Shown in pieces: positions 1-8,016 of a stretch of 18,273 nt of DNA. A model generated the notes under the pieces. That model was not told the origin of the DNA, did no database searches, and saw only the letters and a list, made by a program, of their open reading frames with translations. Both the position numbers and the translations under genes were made by a program. The stretch comes from Candidatus Krumholzibacteriia bacterium (lineage in GTDB: Bacteria > Krumholzibacteriota > Krumholzibacteriia > LZORAL124-64-63), in contig JAWOID010000140.1 of the NCBI GenBank assembly GCA_046484865.1, positions 1 to 18,273 of the forward strand, read 5' to 3'. Positions within the stretch are counted from its first letter, which is position 1, and each line of letters begins with the position of its first letter.

Positions 1-233
1 CAGGAATCGAATGTAGTGTCTCTGCGCATCAGTTACGCCTGGTCCACATAGCGCCTGCGTGCGCTAAATCCGAGAGGGTTGTAAAACCGAGAAAGGGAGA
101 GTTTTTCTACCACCGACCGGGGTCCGGTCGTGAACCCTGACTGTTCCCACCGACCCCCAAACTCTCTCACCAAAAACAGAGAATCCGGCCCCGCCAGCCC
201 AGAACGGCGCAACCCCTTGCCAGAACTGCGCAT

Positions 234-265
234 AAACGAAAAACCCGAAAGCTCTCGCCCCCGGG
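234..265 (-). terminator. Rho-independent terminator downstream of tRNA-Asn
   Basis: Minus strand reads CCCGGGGGC-GAGA-GCTTTCGGG followed by TTTTTCGTTT. This is a 9-bp stem (3 G:U pairs) with a GNRA loop and U-tract, about 45 nt after the tRNA CCA end. Confidence 0.7.
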
Positions 266-311
266 CCGCGTCGTTAACCGAAATGCCTCTGGAATTCCGC
301 TGAAAAAGAAC

Positions 312-387
312 TGGCTCCCCCGGCTGGACTCGAACCAGCAACCCTTCGGTTAACAGCCGAATGCTCTACCAATTGAGCTACGGAGGA
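312..387 (-). tRNA. tRNA-Asn (anticodon GTT)
   Basis: Minus strand TCCTCCGTAGCTCAATTGGTAGAGCATTCGGCTGTTAACCGAAGGGTTGCTGGTTCGAGTCCAGCCGGGGGAGCCA, 76 nt. Cloverleaf with anticodon loop CTGTTAA, T-loop GGTTCGAGTCC, G73 discriminator and encoded CCA. Confidence 0.98.
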
Positions 388-471
388 GCCTGTCTCGTAT
401 TGCGTTGTGCCGCCCAGTCGCGAAGGTTCGCGCGCGTACGCCTGCGAGCCGCCGGGACCGAGCGGGGTGGC

Positions 472-500
472 AATATAGCCACCAGCGCAAGAGGCGTCAA
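472..500 (-). promoter_or_regulatory. sigma70-type promoter for tRNA-Asn
   Basis: TTGACG (500-495), 17 nt spacer, TATATT (477-472), about 85 nt upstream of the tRNA. The -35 box overlaps the TGA of the bEBP gene. Confidence 0.75.
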
Positions 501-3343
501 GCGCCCGGCGGACCCGCTGTTTCACCGATTCGTCGCCACCCGCGCCGCTGGCGCTGCCGTTTCTCCGCCGCGGACGCTCCACCTGCCGTCACGGCGATTC
601 CGCCTCCTGGCGAGCCGGCGTCGCATGCGTCCCCCATCCCCTCGAGCTTCCTGTACAGGGTGCCTCGCGAGATGCCGAGGAGCCGTGCCGCCTCCGCCCG
701 GTTCCCCCGCGACGCCTGCAGCGCGTCGCGGATGGCGTGATGCTCGGTGGTGGCCAGACGGTCGGCCAGCGAGAAGCCGTCGGGCGAGCCGCAGGCGACG
801 GTTCCTCCGAGGCGCCCGATCATCTGCTCCGGCAGCATCTCGGTGCGGATCCTGCCGCCCCGACGGATCAGCACGCACAGCCGTCGCACCAGACCCTCCA
901 GTTCACGGACGTTGCCGGGCCATCCGTAGGTCAGGAGCGCGTCGGTCACGCCGTCCTCGCAGAGATCGCGAAACCGCAGGTCGCGGCCGAGGGCCCGCCG
1001 CGTGAACAGGTCCGCCAGCGGCAGGACGTCGCGCGGACGCAGTCGCAGCGGCGGCATCGAAATCTCCAGCACCTGGAGACGGAAGTAGAGGTCGGCGCGA
1101 AAGCGGCCGCGGTCGATCAGGTCCAGCAGGTCGGCGTTCGTGGCGGCGACCACGCGCAGGTCCACTCGGCGCTCGCCCGGCTCGCCGAGACGGCGGAACG
1201 TGCCCTCCTGCAGCAGCCGCAGGAGCTTCACCTGCAGTTCGGGCGGGATCTCGCCCACCTCGTCGAGGAACAGCGTGCCGCCGTCGGCCTGATCGCAGAG
1301 GCCGGGCCGGTCGGTCGCCGCACCGGTGAACGCGCCGGCCGCATGGCCGAACAGCTCGCGCTCGAACAGCGGGGCGGGGATGGCGCCGCAATTCACGGCC
1401 ACCAGCGGACGGTCGCGGCGGCCGCTCCGCGCATGCAGGTATCGCGCCGCCAGTTCCTTGCCGGTACCGGTCTCGCCGGTCAGCAGGACGGGATCGTCGC
1501 CTCCCGCCGCGAGTTGCAGCAGTCGGCGCACCCGTTCGGTGGCCGCATCGTGCGCGATGAAGCCGTCGTCGCTGGGCTGGTCGAGGACGCGCACCACCGG
1601 CGAATCGGCCCAGGGAGGCTGCCAGCGGCCGCGCAGATCGGCCAGCAGCGCCAGCGCCTCGTCGCGACCAGCGGCTTGCTGCAACTCCTCGAACTGGTGC
1701 AGCGCTTCCAGGGCGTACGTCCAGGCTGACTCGAGATGTCCGCGCAGCAGGACGTCGCCGACCTCGGCACCCGGTTCGCGTCCCGTCAGCGCAGGCACGC
1801 CCGGTCCGGCCATCAGCTGTGGCCCCTCGCCACCGCGGCCGCTCGGCTGGCCGCGCGGGTTCGACCACTCCAGCAGGCCGTCCTCGCTACCGCGCGGGCC
1901 GTCGCCGATCGCCGCCCACCAGCCGAGCTGGATGCGCGCCGCTTCGAGCAGCGCCCGGCCGTGGCTCAGCCCGGCGCCGTGCTCGCGGGCCAGGGCCAGC
2001 GCGCGTCGCACCTCGCGGTACGCCCGCGAGTGGTCGTGGCGCCGGCGCCACAGTCGCGCCAGCAGCCGGCGGCTCTCGCCCGCCTCGAACAGCTCGCGGC
2101 ACCGCTCGGCGCCGGCCGCCGCCCGCTCCAGTTGCTCCTGGGCGCGATCGAGGTGTCCGCCGGCGAGCCAGTCCTCGCCCGCCCGTCGTCGCAGCCCTTG
2201 TGACAGCCCGCCGCCGGGGGTCTGTTCCTCGACCATCGTCAGCGCTCGCTGGTGGTGATCGAGCGCGCCGCGCCAGTCGCCGTCGAGCAGCGCGGCATCG
2301 CCCAGGATCTCGACCGCGAGCACGTGCTCGCGCCTGCACCCGGCGTCCACGGCGGGACCGATCGCTTCCGTGGCCACCTCGCGCGCCTCGGCCGCCCGCT
2401 GGTCGAGCAGCGCGACCTTGGCGCGGACCAGCAGGCGCAGGAGGCGCTCCCACGTGGGCTCGTCGGGCGAGACCTCGCGCTCGCGCTCGGCGAGCAGCGC
2501 CCGGGCGGCGGGCAGGTCGCCGATCTTGTACTGGACGATCGCGGCATTGCTGAGCCCGTTCCACGCGCGCCGGCGACGTCCCAGCCTCCGGTTCAACGCC
2601 AGCGCCTCCTCCAGATCGGCCAGGGCGTCGCGCAGGTGGAAGGCGCCGACCTCGATCAACCCCACCGCATTGAGAGCGTCGGCGAGACCCACCTCGAGCC
2701 CTGCCGCTCGGTAGACCGTGACCGCTTCGCGCAGGTAGTCGCGCGACCTCACCGTCCGGCCGCACTCGAAGGCGGCCATGCCCAGCAGATGCAGCGCCTG
2801 ACCCCGGTACAGCGGGTGCAGATCCGGCATCGCCTCGAGCAGCTGCTGCACCACGGCCATCGCCGCCGGCGACTGGCCATCGCGGTGACTCAGCCAGGCC
2901 CGGGCCAGGATCACCGTCGGCTCGTCCTCGGTGAGCACGCCGCCCGTGACCACCTCTTCGATCACGCGCCGGCTCAGCCGTCGATCGTGCGTCAGGTAGG
3001 CACAGTCCACGTACAGGACGGCGGCATCGCGCAGCACCGGTCGTGACGGAGGGCCGGCGGCCGCGCGAACGCCGGTGCTCGGCAGGGGCTGCGGGCTTGG
3101 CTGGGGGCTGGGCTGCGGGCTGGGCTGCAGGCTGGGCTGCGGGCTGGGCTGCGGGCCCGACACCGGCCGAGGCACCGACTCGCCAACCAGGCGGCGCAGC
3201 CCGTCCTCATACGCGCGTCGAGACAGTTCGAACGCGTCGGGCGCTTCCGCCTGCCATGCCGCGAGCGCTGCGGCGAAGAGCGCCGGGGCGACCGGGATCT
3301 CCGCGGGGCTGATGAGGTCGGCGGTGTCCTGAGGTGGCGCCAT
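497..3343 (-). CDS. TPR-containing sigma54-dependent enhancer-binding protein (TPR region + AAA+ + Fis-type HTH), about 948 aa
   Basis: Walker [29 protein letters not shown], Walker [30 protein letters not shown] and [23 protein letters not shown]. The N-terminal half has TPR-like helices ([37 protein letters not shown]). Start placed at ATG 3343 (MAPPQD); the ORF-track extension to 3958 crosses a promoter, repeats and the upstream gene. Confidence 0.92.
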   Translation of the reverse strand: MAPPQDTADLISPAEIPVAPALFAAALAAWQAEAPDAFELSRRAYEDGLRRLVGESVPRPVSGPQPSPQPSLQPSPQPSPQPSPQPLPSTGVRAAAGPPSRPVLRDAAVLYVDCAYLTHDRRLSRRVIEEVVTGGVLTEDEPTVILARAWLSHRDGQSPAAMAVVQQLLEAMPDLHPLYRGQALHLLGMAAFECGRTVRSRDYLREAVTVYRAAGLEVGLADALNAVGLIEVGAFHLRDALADLEEALALNRRLGRRRRAWNGLSNAAIVQYKIGDLPAARALLAEREREVSPDEPTWERLLRLLVRAKVALLDQRAAEAREVATEAIGPAVDAGCRREHVLAVEILGDAALLDGDWRGALDHHQRALTMVEEQTPGGGLSQGLRRRAGEDWLAGGHLDRAQEQLERAAAGAERCRELFEAGESRRLLARLWRRRHDHSRAYREVRRALALAREHGAGLSHGRALLEAARIQLGWWAAIGDGPRGSEDGLLEWSNPRGQPSGRGGEGPQLMAGPGVPALTGREPGAEVGDVLLRGHLESAWTYALEALHQFEELQQAAGRDEALALLADLRGRWQPPWADSPVVRVLDQPSDDGFIAHDAATERVRRLLQLAAGGDDPVLLTGETGTGKELAARYLHARSGRRDRPLVAVNCGAIPAPLFERELFGHAAGAFTGAATDRPGLCDQADGGTLFLDEVGEIPPELQVKLLRLLQEGTFRRLGEPGERRVDLRVVAATNADLLDLIDRGRFRADLYFRLQVLEISMPPLRLRPRDVLPLADLFTRRALGRDLRFRDLCEDGVTDALLTYGWPGNVRELEGLVRRLCVLIRRGGRIRTEMLPEQMIGRLGGTVACGSPDGFSLADRLATTEHHAIRDALQASRGNRAEAARLLGISRGTLYRKLEGMGDACDAGSPGGGIAVTAGGASAAEKRQRQRRGWRRIGETAGPPGA
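3087..3158. repeat. 12-bp tandem repeat x6 encoding a (PQPS)n linker in the bEBP
   Basis: Units such as GGCTGCGGGCTG at 3087, 3099, 3111, 3123, 3135 and 3147; protein reads [24 protein letters not shown]. Confidence 0.9.
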
Positions 3344-3601
3344 GGTGTCGTCCGTCCCCGCGTGCGGCGCGTCCGCTGGGCGCGGCGAGCAATGACTCGC
3401 GCGCGGCACCGACGGTGCGCGCTCGTTCTCGGTTGGTCCCCATGGTCGGGAGCGGCAGCGGGACGGACGCGCAGGCTGCGGCTTACCTGGTCGAACCGGA
3501 TAAGCCGACCCCAGCGTACGCAACGCCCGAGCCGCGTGCGGTGTGCGGGCCGTCAGCAGAGGATCCGGGGCGCCGGGCCTCGCCCAGGGGATCCGCGGCC
3601 G

Positions 3602-3630
3602 AGTATGACAGCGAGCGCCGACGCCGTCAA
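3602..3630 (-). promoter_or_regulatory. sigma70-type promoter upstream of the TPR-bEBP gene
   Basis: TTGACG (3630-3625), 17 nt spacer, CATACT (3607-3602) preceded by TGn (extended -10). Confidence 0.6.
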
Positions 3631-3640
3631 GATTGCCGCG

Positions 3641-3735
3641 GGCGCGGTGCGGCGACGGGCAGCGCGGCGACGGGTGGCGCGGCGCGGGGCGGCGCGGCGA
3701 CGGGTGGCGCGGCGCGGTGCGGCGCGGCGCGGGCG
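3641..3735. repeat. GC-rich intergenic tandem repeat (30-bp unit x2 plus degenerate sub-units)
   Basis: GCGCGGCGACGGGTGGCGCGGCGCGG(G/T)GCG at 3662-3691 and 3692-3721, flanked by partial copies. Confidence 0.8.
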
Positions 3736-3791
3736 GCGCACCGCGACCGGCCAGGGGCACGACCCCGGCCCGACGCAGCGCGCCACGGCCG

Positions 3792-5681
3792 TCAGTTCTC
3801 GAACGCCAGCAGGAAGCGCCAGCCTTCGCCGACGCCGTCGAGCACCGGGTGCGCGGCATACAGGCGCACGTTCCCGTGAAGGCCGGGCGCGCCGAGCAAC
3901 TGCCCGACGCCCACGCCGGCGTCCATCCGCCATCCCGTCGTGCCGATCCGCTGCGCATCGCCGGGGTCAGGCGCCGGCCCCGCCGAGTCGTCGTTCCAGG
4001 TGCGGCCCCAGTCGGCGAAGACGATGGGTTGCAGCCGCAGATCCTTCAGCAGCGGCACCTGCAAGTCGCGCAGAGGGTCGATCGCCCAGCGCACGTCGAG
4101 CGACGCCCACGCGCCACGATCGCCCGACAGCTCGGCGTGACGATAGCCGCGCAGCGTCCCGTGATCACCGAGATAGGTGCGCCACTGACCCGGCGCGCGC
4201 CGGTCCACCGCGCGATAGTGGCCGCGCAGCAGGATGCGGTGACCGGCCGGCGTCAGACGATTCACCAGCAGACGGGCCCGCAGCTGGACGAAATCGGCCT
4301 CGCTGGCGTTCAGCCAGCTCGCATCGTCCACGTGGTGCCATCCCACGCTGGTCCCGGCGATCACGCCGCCGCCGCGCGTGCGGAAGGTCATCCCCGCCTG
4401 CAGCGCGCGATCGCGCAGGTCGGCGGCGGGAATGTTCCCCCGCGGGTCGAGCGGCTCGCCGAGGAGATTGTCGTCGGTCGTCACCGACAGCGCGCGGTGC
4501 TCCTCCCACGATCCGGCGGCATGCAGGAGCATGCCCCGCCCGGTGTTCATCCGCAGGCGAAGCGTCCCGCCGCGCGCCTCGAAGTACTGGTTCGGGTCCG
4601 CACCGTAGAGCGCGGCCGCCAGCGCCCGCGTCCCCCGCCGGTCGTCGCCCGCGAACAGACGCATCTCCTGGTATCCCTCCAGCTCCAGACGCAGGACCTG
4701 GTACGGTGCTCCGCGTCCGAGCCCTCGCGGCAGCCAGCGGTGGCGCACGACCAGCGGCCATTCCAGCGCGGCGTCGTACAGCGGCCGCTCCGTCCCGAAC
4801 CGGTACGCCGCCCCGACCGTGAGCTGCGGCCGGAACAGACCGGCCTTCCGCACCCGCAATCCCGCCCCCAGCGTGAGCCCCTGCACCCGGTTGAAGGTGA
4901 TGCGCTCCAGGAACTGCGGACGCACCTGCCACAGCCTTCCGGTCTCCAGCGCATCGAGCTTGCGGGATCCGACCGCCGCCAGCGAGTCGAGCTCCGCCTC
5001 ATCCAGCCCGAACCCGTGCAACTCCGGGTCCATCGGCTCGAGCCACCCCTCGTCCACCGTCCGCCAGAACGCATCCACCGAATCCGCCGCCGCCCTGGCG
5101 TCCGGCATCGCCGTCGACGTGTCGCCGCGATCCGCAACGGGCTGACCTCCCGTCGGCGCGGCCGCGATCCCGCCCCCTCGCAAGGCAGCAGCCAACACGA
5201 ACCCAGGGGTCCCCGGCTCCTGCGAGGTTTCTGCCGGGGCGGCGGCAGCGGCCGGCGCGGCGGCAGCGGCGGGCGGGGCGGGGGCAGCGGCCAGCGCGGC
5301 GGCAGCGGCCGGAGCGGCAGGACCGGTCAGTGTACCCGGGTACTCAGGACCCATGGCCGGCTGCGCTATCGTGTTATCCGCGCGAGCGAGAGCCGCGACC
5401 GCCGGTGCGAGTGTACCCGGGTACTCAGGACCCGCGGCTGGCTGCGCTATCATGTTATCCGCGCGAGCGAGAGCCGCGACCACCGCGAGTGTACCCGGGT
5501 ACACTCGGCCCGCAGCCAATCGCGTCTTGTCACCCGGGTGCCCGCGATCAGCGCATATCGCTCCAGCCACGAAACAGACCGTCACGGAACAAAAGATGAC
5601 GAGTGCCATGATGTGTCCTGTTCCACGCGGAACACGACCTGGGCCTTGAGTCCGGAGCAACGACCGCCACTCACCGATCAT
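3792..5681 (-). CDS. Exported outer-membrane beta-barrel protein (resembles the DUF5686 C-terminal / BamA-TamA-like barrel region)
   Basis: Hydrophobic signal-like segment (MALVIFCSVTVCFVAGAICA) and an Ala/Pro-rich linker. Then FNRVQGLTLGAG...GAAYRFG, alternating amphipathic strands, LGDHGTLRGY (Omp85 loop-6-like RGY), VFADWGRTW, and a terminal strand WRFLLAFEN. The ATG overlaps the end of the upstream gene and follows a GGGAG RBS; alternative start at 5609. Confidence 0.8.
   Translation of the reverse strand: MIGEWRSLLRTQGPGRVPRGTGHIMALVIFCSVTVCFVAGAICADRGHPGDKTRLAAGRVYPGTLAVVAALARADNMIAQPAAGPEYPGTLAPAVAALARADNTIAQPAMGPEYPGTLTGPAAPAAAAALAAAPAPPAAAAAPAAAAAPAETSQEPGTPGFVLAAALRGGGIAAAPTGGQPVADRGDTSTAMPDARAAADSVDAFWRTVDEGWLEPMDPELHGFGLDEAELDSLAAVGSRKLDALETGRLWQVRPQFLERITFNRVQGLTLGAGLRVRKAGLFRPQLTVGAAYRFGTERPLYDAALEWPLVVRHRWLPRGLGRGAPYQVLRLELEGYQEMRLFAGDDRRGTRALAAALYGADPNQYFEARGGTLRLRMNTGRGMLLHAAGSWEEHRALSVTTDDNLLGEPLDPRGNIPAADLRDRALQAGMTFRTRGGGVIAGTSVGWHHVDDASWLNASEADFVQLRARLLVNRLTPAGHRILLRGHYRAVDRRAPGQWRTYLGDHGTLRGYRHAELSGDRGAWASLDVRWAIDPLRDLQVPLLKDLRLQPIVFADWGRTWNDDSAGPAPDPGDAQRIGTTGWRMDAGVGVGQLLGAPGLHGNVRLYAAHPVLDGVGEGWRFLLAFEN
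5329..5507. repeat. In-frame 81/78-bp tandem repeat anchored on palindrome GTACCCGGGTAC (3 copies)
   Basis: AGTGTACCCGGGTAC at 5329, 5410 and 5488 with nearly identical intervening segments. The third copy extends to a perfect 22-bp palindrome CGAGTGTACCCGGGTACACTCG (5486-5507). Confidence 0.9.
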
Positions 5682-6990
5682 CGGTCTCCCTCACGTCATC
5701 ATCGACACCGGTACCCTCGCCGCCGTCGCCTGCGTCGGCTTCGTCTGCGCCCTCCTCGTCCTCTACACCCTCGTCGTCTGCGCCGCCATCCTCGTACCTC
5801 ACTCCGTTGATCACGTGATCGGAGGCACGCCAGTGCATCTCCACGGTGCCGGGCAGGCCGAGGAGCGGGACCGAGCGCAATTCCACGCGGGCGTAGACGT
5901 CGGCCAGAACCCAGTGCCGTCCCCGCTGTTCGCGGCGCATCTTGTAGACGGGGATGCTCTTCACCACCAGGGGTAGTGGTACCGACCGGACCATCTCGGC
6001 GTCGATGCGGCGGATCACCCAGTCGCTGTAATCCACCCAGACGGTGCCGCTGGCCAGGGCGGCGAACGGGTCGCGGGGCTCGTAGTGCATCTTGTAGACG
6101 AGATTCAGGCCGACCAGCCGGCGGTCGAGGATCTGATAGCGGTACTGGTTGCCTCCCTCGAGGCTGAACGGGACGGCCATGGCGAGCTGGTTGCCCATGC
6201 CGGCCCAGTCCACCTCCACCTCATCCTTCACCTTCTCCTTCTTCAGCTCGCCGTCCTCGAACTCCCGCTCGCGCTGCCAGACCTCGGCCCACTGCCAGGT
6301 GCCGTCGCGGATGCGGCGCATGCGGGTGGCGGACTCGTGGACGGTGTATTCGCGTTCGGGGTTCTCGTGGGAGCGGGCCACGACGGTCGCGCGGGCCGTG
6401 AATTCGTGCTCCTCGATCGCGTGCAGATCGGCTTCCAGACGCTCGCCGATGCGCCGCACCACCTCGTCGATGGTGGCGCGCGGCGCGTCGACGAACAGCG
6501 TGTCCAGGGTGTCCATGGCGAACGGGATGGTGTCCTCGAAGGCCAGGATCACGCCCTCGCCGGCCATCAACAGGCTGTCGATGTCGACGACGGTCAGGCC
6601 GCCGAGCACCGTCACGGTGTCGCCGTAGACGTTGACCGTGGTATCGCGGCTGACGCCGCGGCCGACCGGCGCCGCCGGCTGACCGCCCGTGCCTTCACTC
6701 GCAGTGCTGATGCTGTCGGTCGCAGCAGGGGCCTGAACGCTGTCGGCCGCGCCCGCGGCGCTAGTGGTGCCCGCCACACCGACGGGAACGCTTTCGGCCG
6801 CGCTCGCGGCGCCCGCGACGCCCGCAGCGGCAACCGGGATCGGGTCGGCCCCGCCAGCCGCGAGCAGCGCCACCAGCGCCGCAGCCCCCACGGCCGCCTT
6901 CGCCACAACCGCCCTCGCGACGGCCGCCTTCGCCACCAGCGTCAGCACCACCGCCGAGGCCGGCACGGGTGTTCGCCGCCCACCTTGCAT
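5671..6990 (-). CDS. Exported protein with a LolA-like / DUF5686 N-terminal-type domain, about 439 aa
   Basis: ATG 6990 with GAGGA RBS, signal-like Ala/Val-rich N-terminus and low-complexity linker. Contains the motif YRYQILDRRLVGLNLVYKMHYEP...SGTVWVDYSDWVIRRID, typical of this fold, and ends in an acidic tail. Confidence 0.78.
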   Translation of the reverse strand: MQGGRRTPVPASAVVLTLVAKAAVARAVVAKAAVGAAALVALLAAGGADPIPVAAAGVAGAASAAESVPVGVAGTTSAAGAADSVQAPAATDSISTASEGTGGQPAAPVGRGVSRDTTVNVYGDTVTVLGGLTVVDIDSLLMAGEGVILAFEDTIPFAMDTLDTLFVDAPRATIDEVVRRIGERLEADLHAIEEHEFTARATVVARSHENPEREYTVHESATRMRRIRDGTWQWAEVWQREREFEDGELKKEKVKDEVEVDWAGMGNQLAMAVPFSLEGGNQYRYQILDRRLVGLNLVYKMHYEPRDPFAALASGTVWVDYSDWVIRRIDAEMVRSVPLPLVVKSIPVYKMRREQRGRHWVLADVYARVELRSVPLLGLPGTVEMHWRASDHVINGVRYEDGGADDEGVEDEEGADEADAGDGGEGTGVDDDVRETDDR

Positions 6991-7388
6991 GCGGTTCCTC
7001 CCGTGAGCGGGACGGACGGAGCCCGGCTCGGTGAACCTCGGTTCCGTCGTCGGCCAGCGGACCCCTCGCGTCAGTGGCGCGATCTGGTTTCGGGTCCTGG
7101 GATGACGTGTCGTCCGGCGGTCGGGCCGCCTCCGCCGGTCCCGCTCGCGAGGCGAGCCGGCGGCAGGGCCACCGGGATCGCCGGCGCGAGACGAGGCAAC
7201 TCCCGGGCCCGGCCGGACGTCGGCGCGGAGATCCCGCGACTCTCGGCGAACTCCCGCTGCCCAAGCTGAACGCCTGCGCCCACCGTGTGCGCCCATGCGC
7301 TGCGGTGCCATCGGATCGGGATCGCGAGCCCACGAGATCGTCAACCGGGGACGACGGGTGCGGCTCGTCCGTAAGCCGCCGGGAGCGG

Positions 7389-7817
7389 TCAGGAACGGTT
7401 GGCCTGCGCACGCTTGACCTGGCACGACACCAGACCCTCCAGAGCCGCCGTCAGCACCGCCGCCGGCACCGGCTTCTCGAGGACCTTGGCCACGCGCAGC
7501 TCGCGAGCGCGCTCGTAGTCGTATGTGTCGGCGTTCTCCGCCAGGTAGACGATCGGCAGTGCGGCGGTCTGCGCGTGCTCGCGCAGGCGAGCCGCCACGG
7601 CGTGGGCGCCGCCGCCCGGCAGGGCCAGATCGAGGACCACCAGGTCGCACGACTCGCGCAGCGCCCGGCGCGTGGCTTGCACCGCGTCCAGCGCCGTGAC
7701 GACGGCCCAGCCCTCGGCGCGCAATGCAGAGCAGGCCGCAGTCAGCACGTCCGGATCGGCGTCCACGAGCAGGACACGGCCCTTGCCGGTGCGCGATTCC
7801 GCTACAGACACGTGCAC
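7389..7817 (-). CDS. Single-domain response regulator receiver (atypical)
   Basis: RVLLVDAD, DLVVLDLALPG, LPIVYL and LEKP are CheY-fold motifs. GTG start after a GAGG-type RBS; GTG 7811 is an alternative. Confidence 0.88.
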   Translation of the reverse strand: MHVSVAESRTGKGRVLLVDADPDVLTAACSALRAEGWAVVTALDAVQATRRALRESCDLVVLDLALPGGGAHAVAARLREHAQTAALPIVYLAENADTYDYERARELRVAKVLEKPVPAAVLTAALEGLVSCQVKRAQANRS

Positions 7818-7949
7818 CTCCGCACCTCGCCGGCAGCATCCGCGGCCGGGCCAGTCGGGGATCGGTGGCGGAGCGCATTCTGCCAGAGGTCGACCGGCTT
7901 GACCATAGAAAATGGATGTCGGAGATCAACATTTCGCGGCGAGGCGGCC

Positions 7950-8016
7950 GCGCCGGCGACGCAGCGATCAGCGCCGGCGGCACAGCGATCAGCGCCGGCG
8001 ACGCAGCGATCAGCGC
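7950..8016. repeat. 21-bp tandem repeat x3 overlapping the PHP gene stop
   Basis: GCGCCGGCG(A/G)C(G/A)CAGCGATCA at 7950, 7971 and 7992. Confidence 0.9.

Noticed and set aside
209..222. sigma54-like TGGCAA-GGGG-TTGC on the - strand
   Set aside because: The GG to GC spacing is one base short of the strict -24/-12 requirement.
273..354. 10-bp inverted match GTTAACCGAA between the tRNA trailer (273-282) and the anticodon arm (345-354)
   Set aside because: Short and partly a self-palindrome (GTTAAC), so compatible with chance. It is inverted, so it is not an att direct repeat.
3344..3958. N-terminal 205-aa extension of the bEBP in the ORF track (1153 aa)
   Set aside because: It overlaps the upstream barrel gene, runs through GC repeats and a good promoter, and is Arg/Pro-rich, as expected of non-coding GC-rich sequence.
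5329..5507. Possible mini-CRISPR (palindromic repeats at regular spacing)
   Set aside because: The intervening segments are near-identical rather than unique, the array is in frame within a CDS, and there are no cas genes in the window.
3633..5810. Long + strand ORFs (725 aa here; also 14917-16647, 16547-18193, 737-1729, 10287-11501, 13735-14892)
   Set aside because: Antisense shadows of real - strand genes in high-GC DNA, with no recognisable motifs.
6991..7983. 770-aa version of the LolA-like ORF
   Set aside because: The extension overlaps the receiver gene in another frame; the RBS and signal peptide point to ATG 6990.
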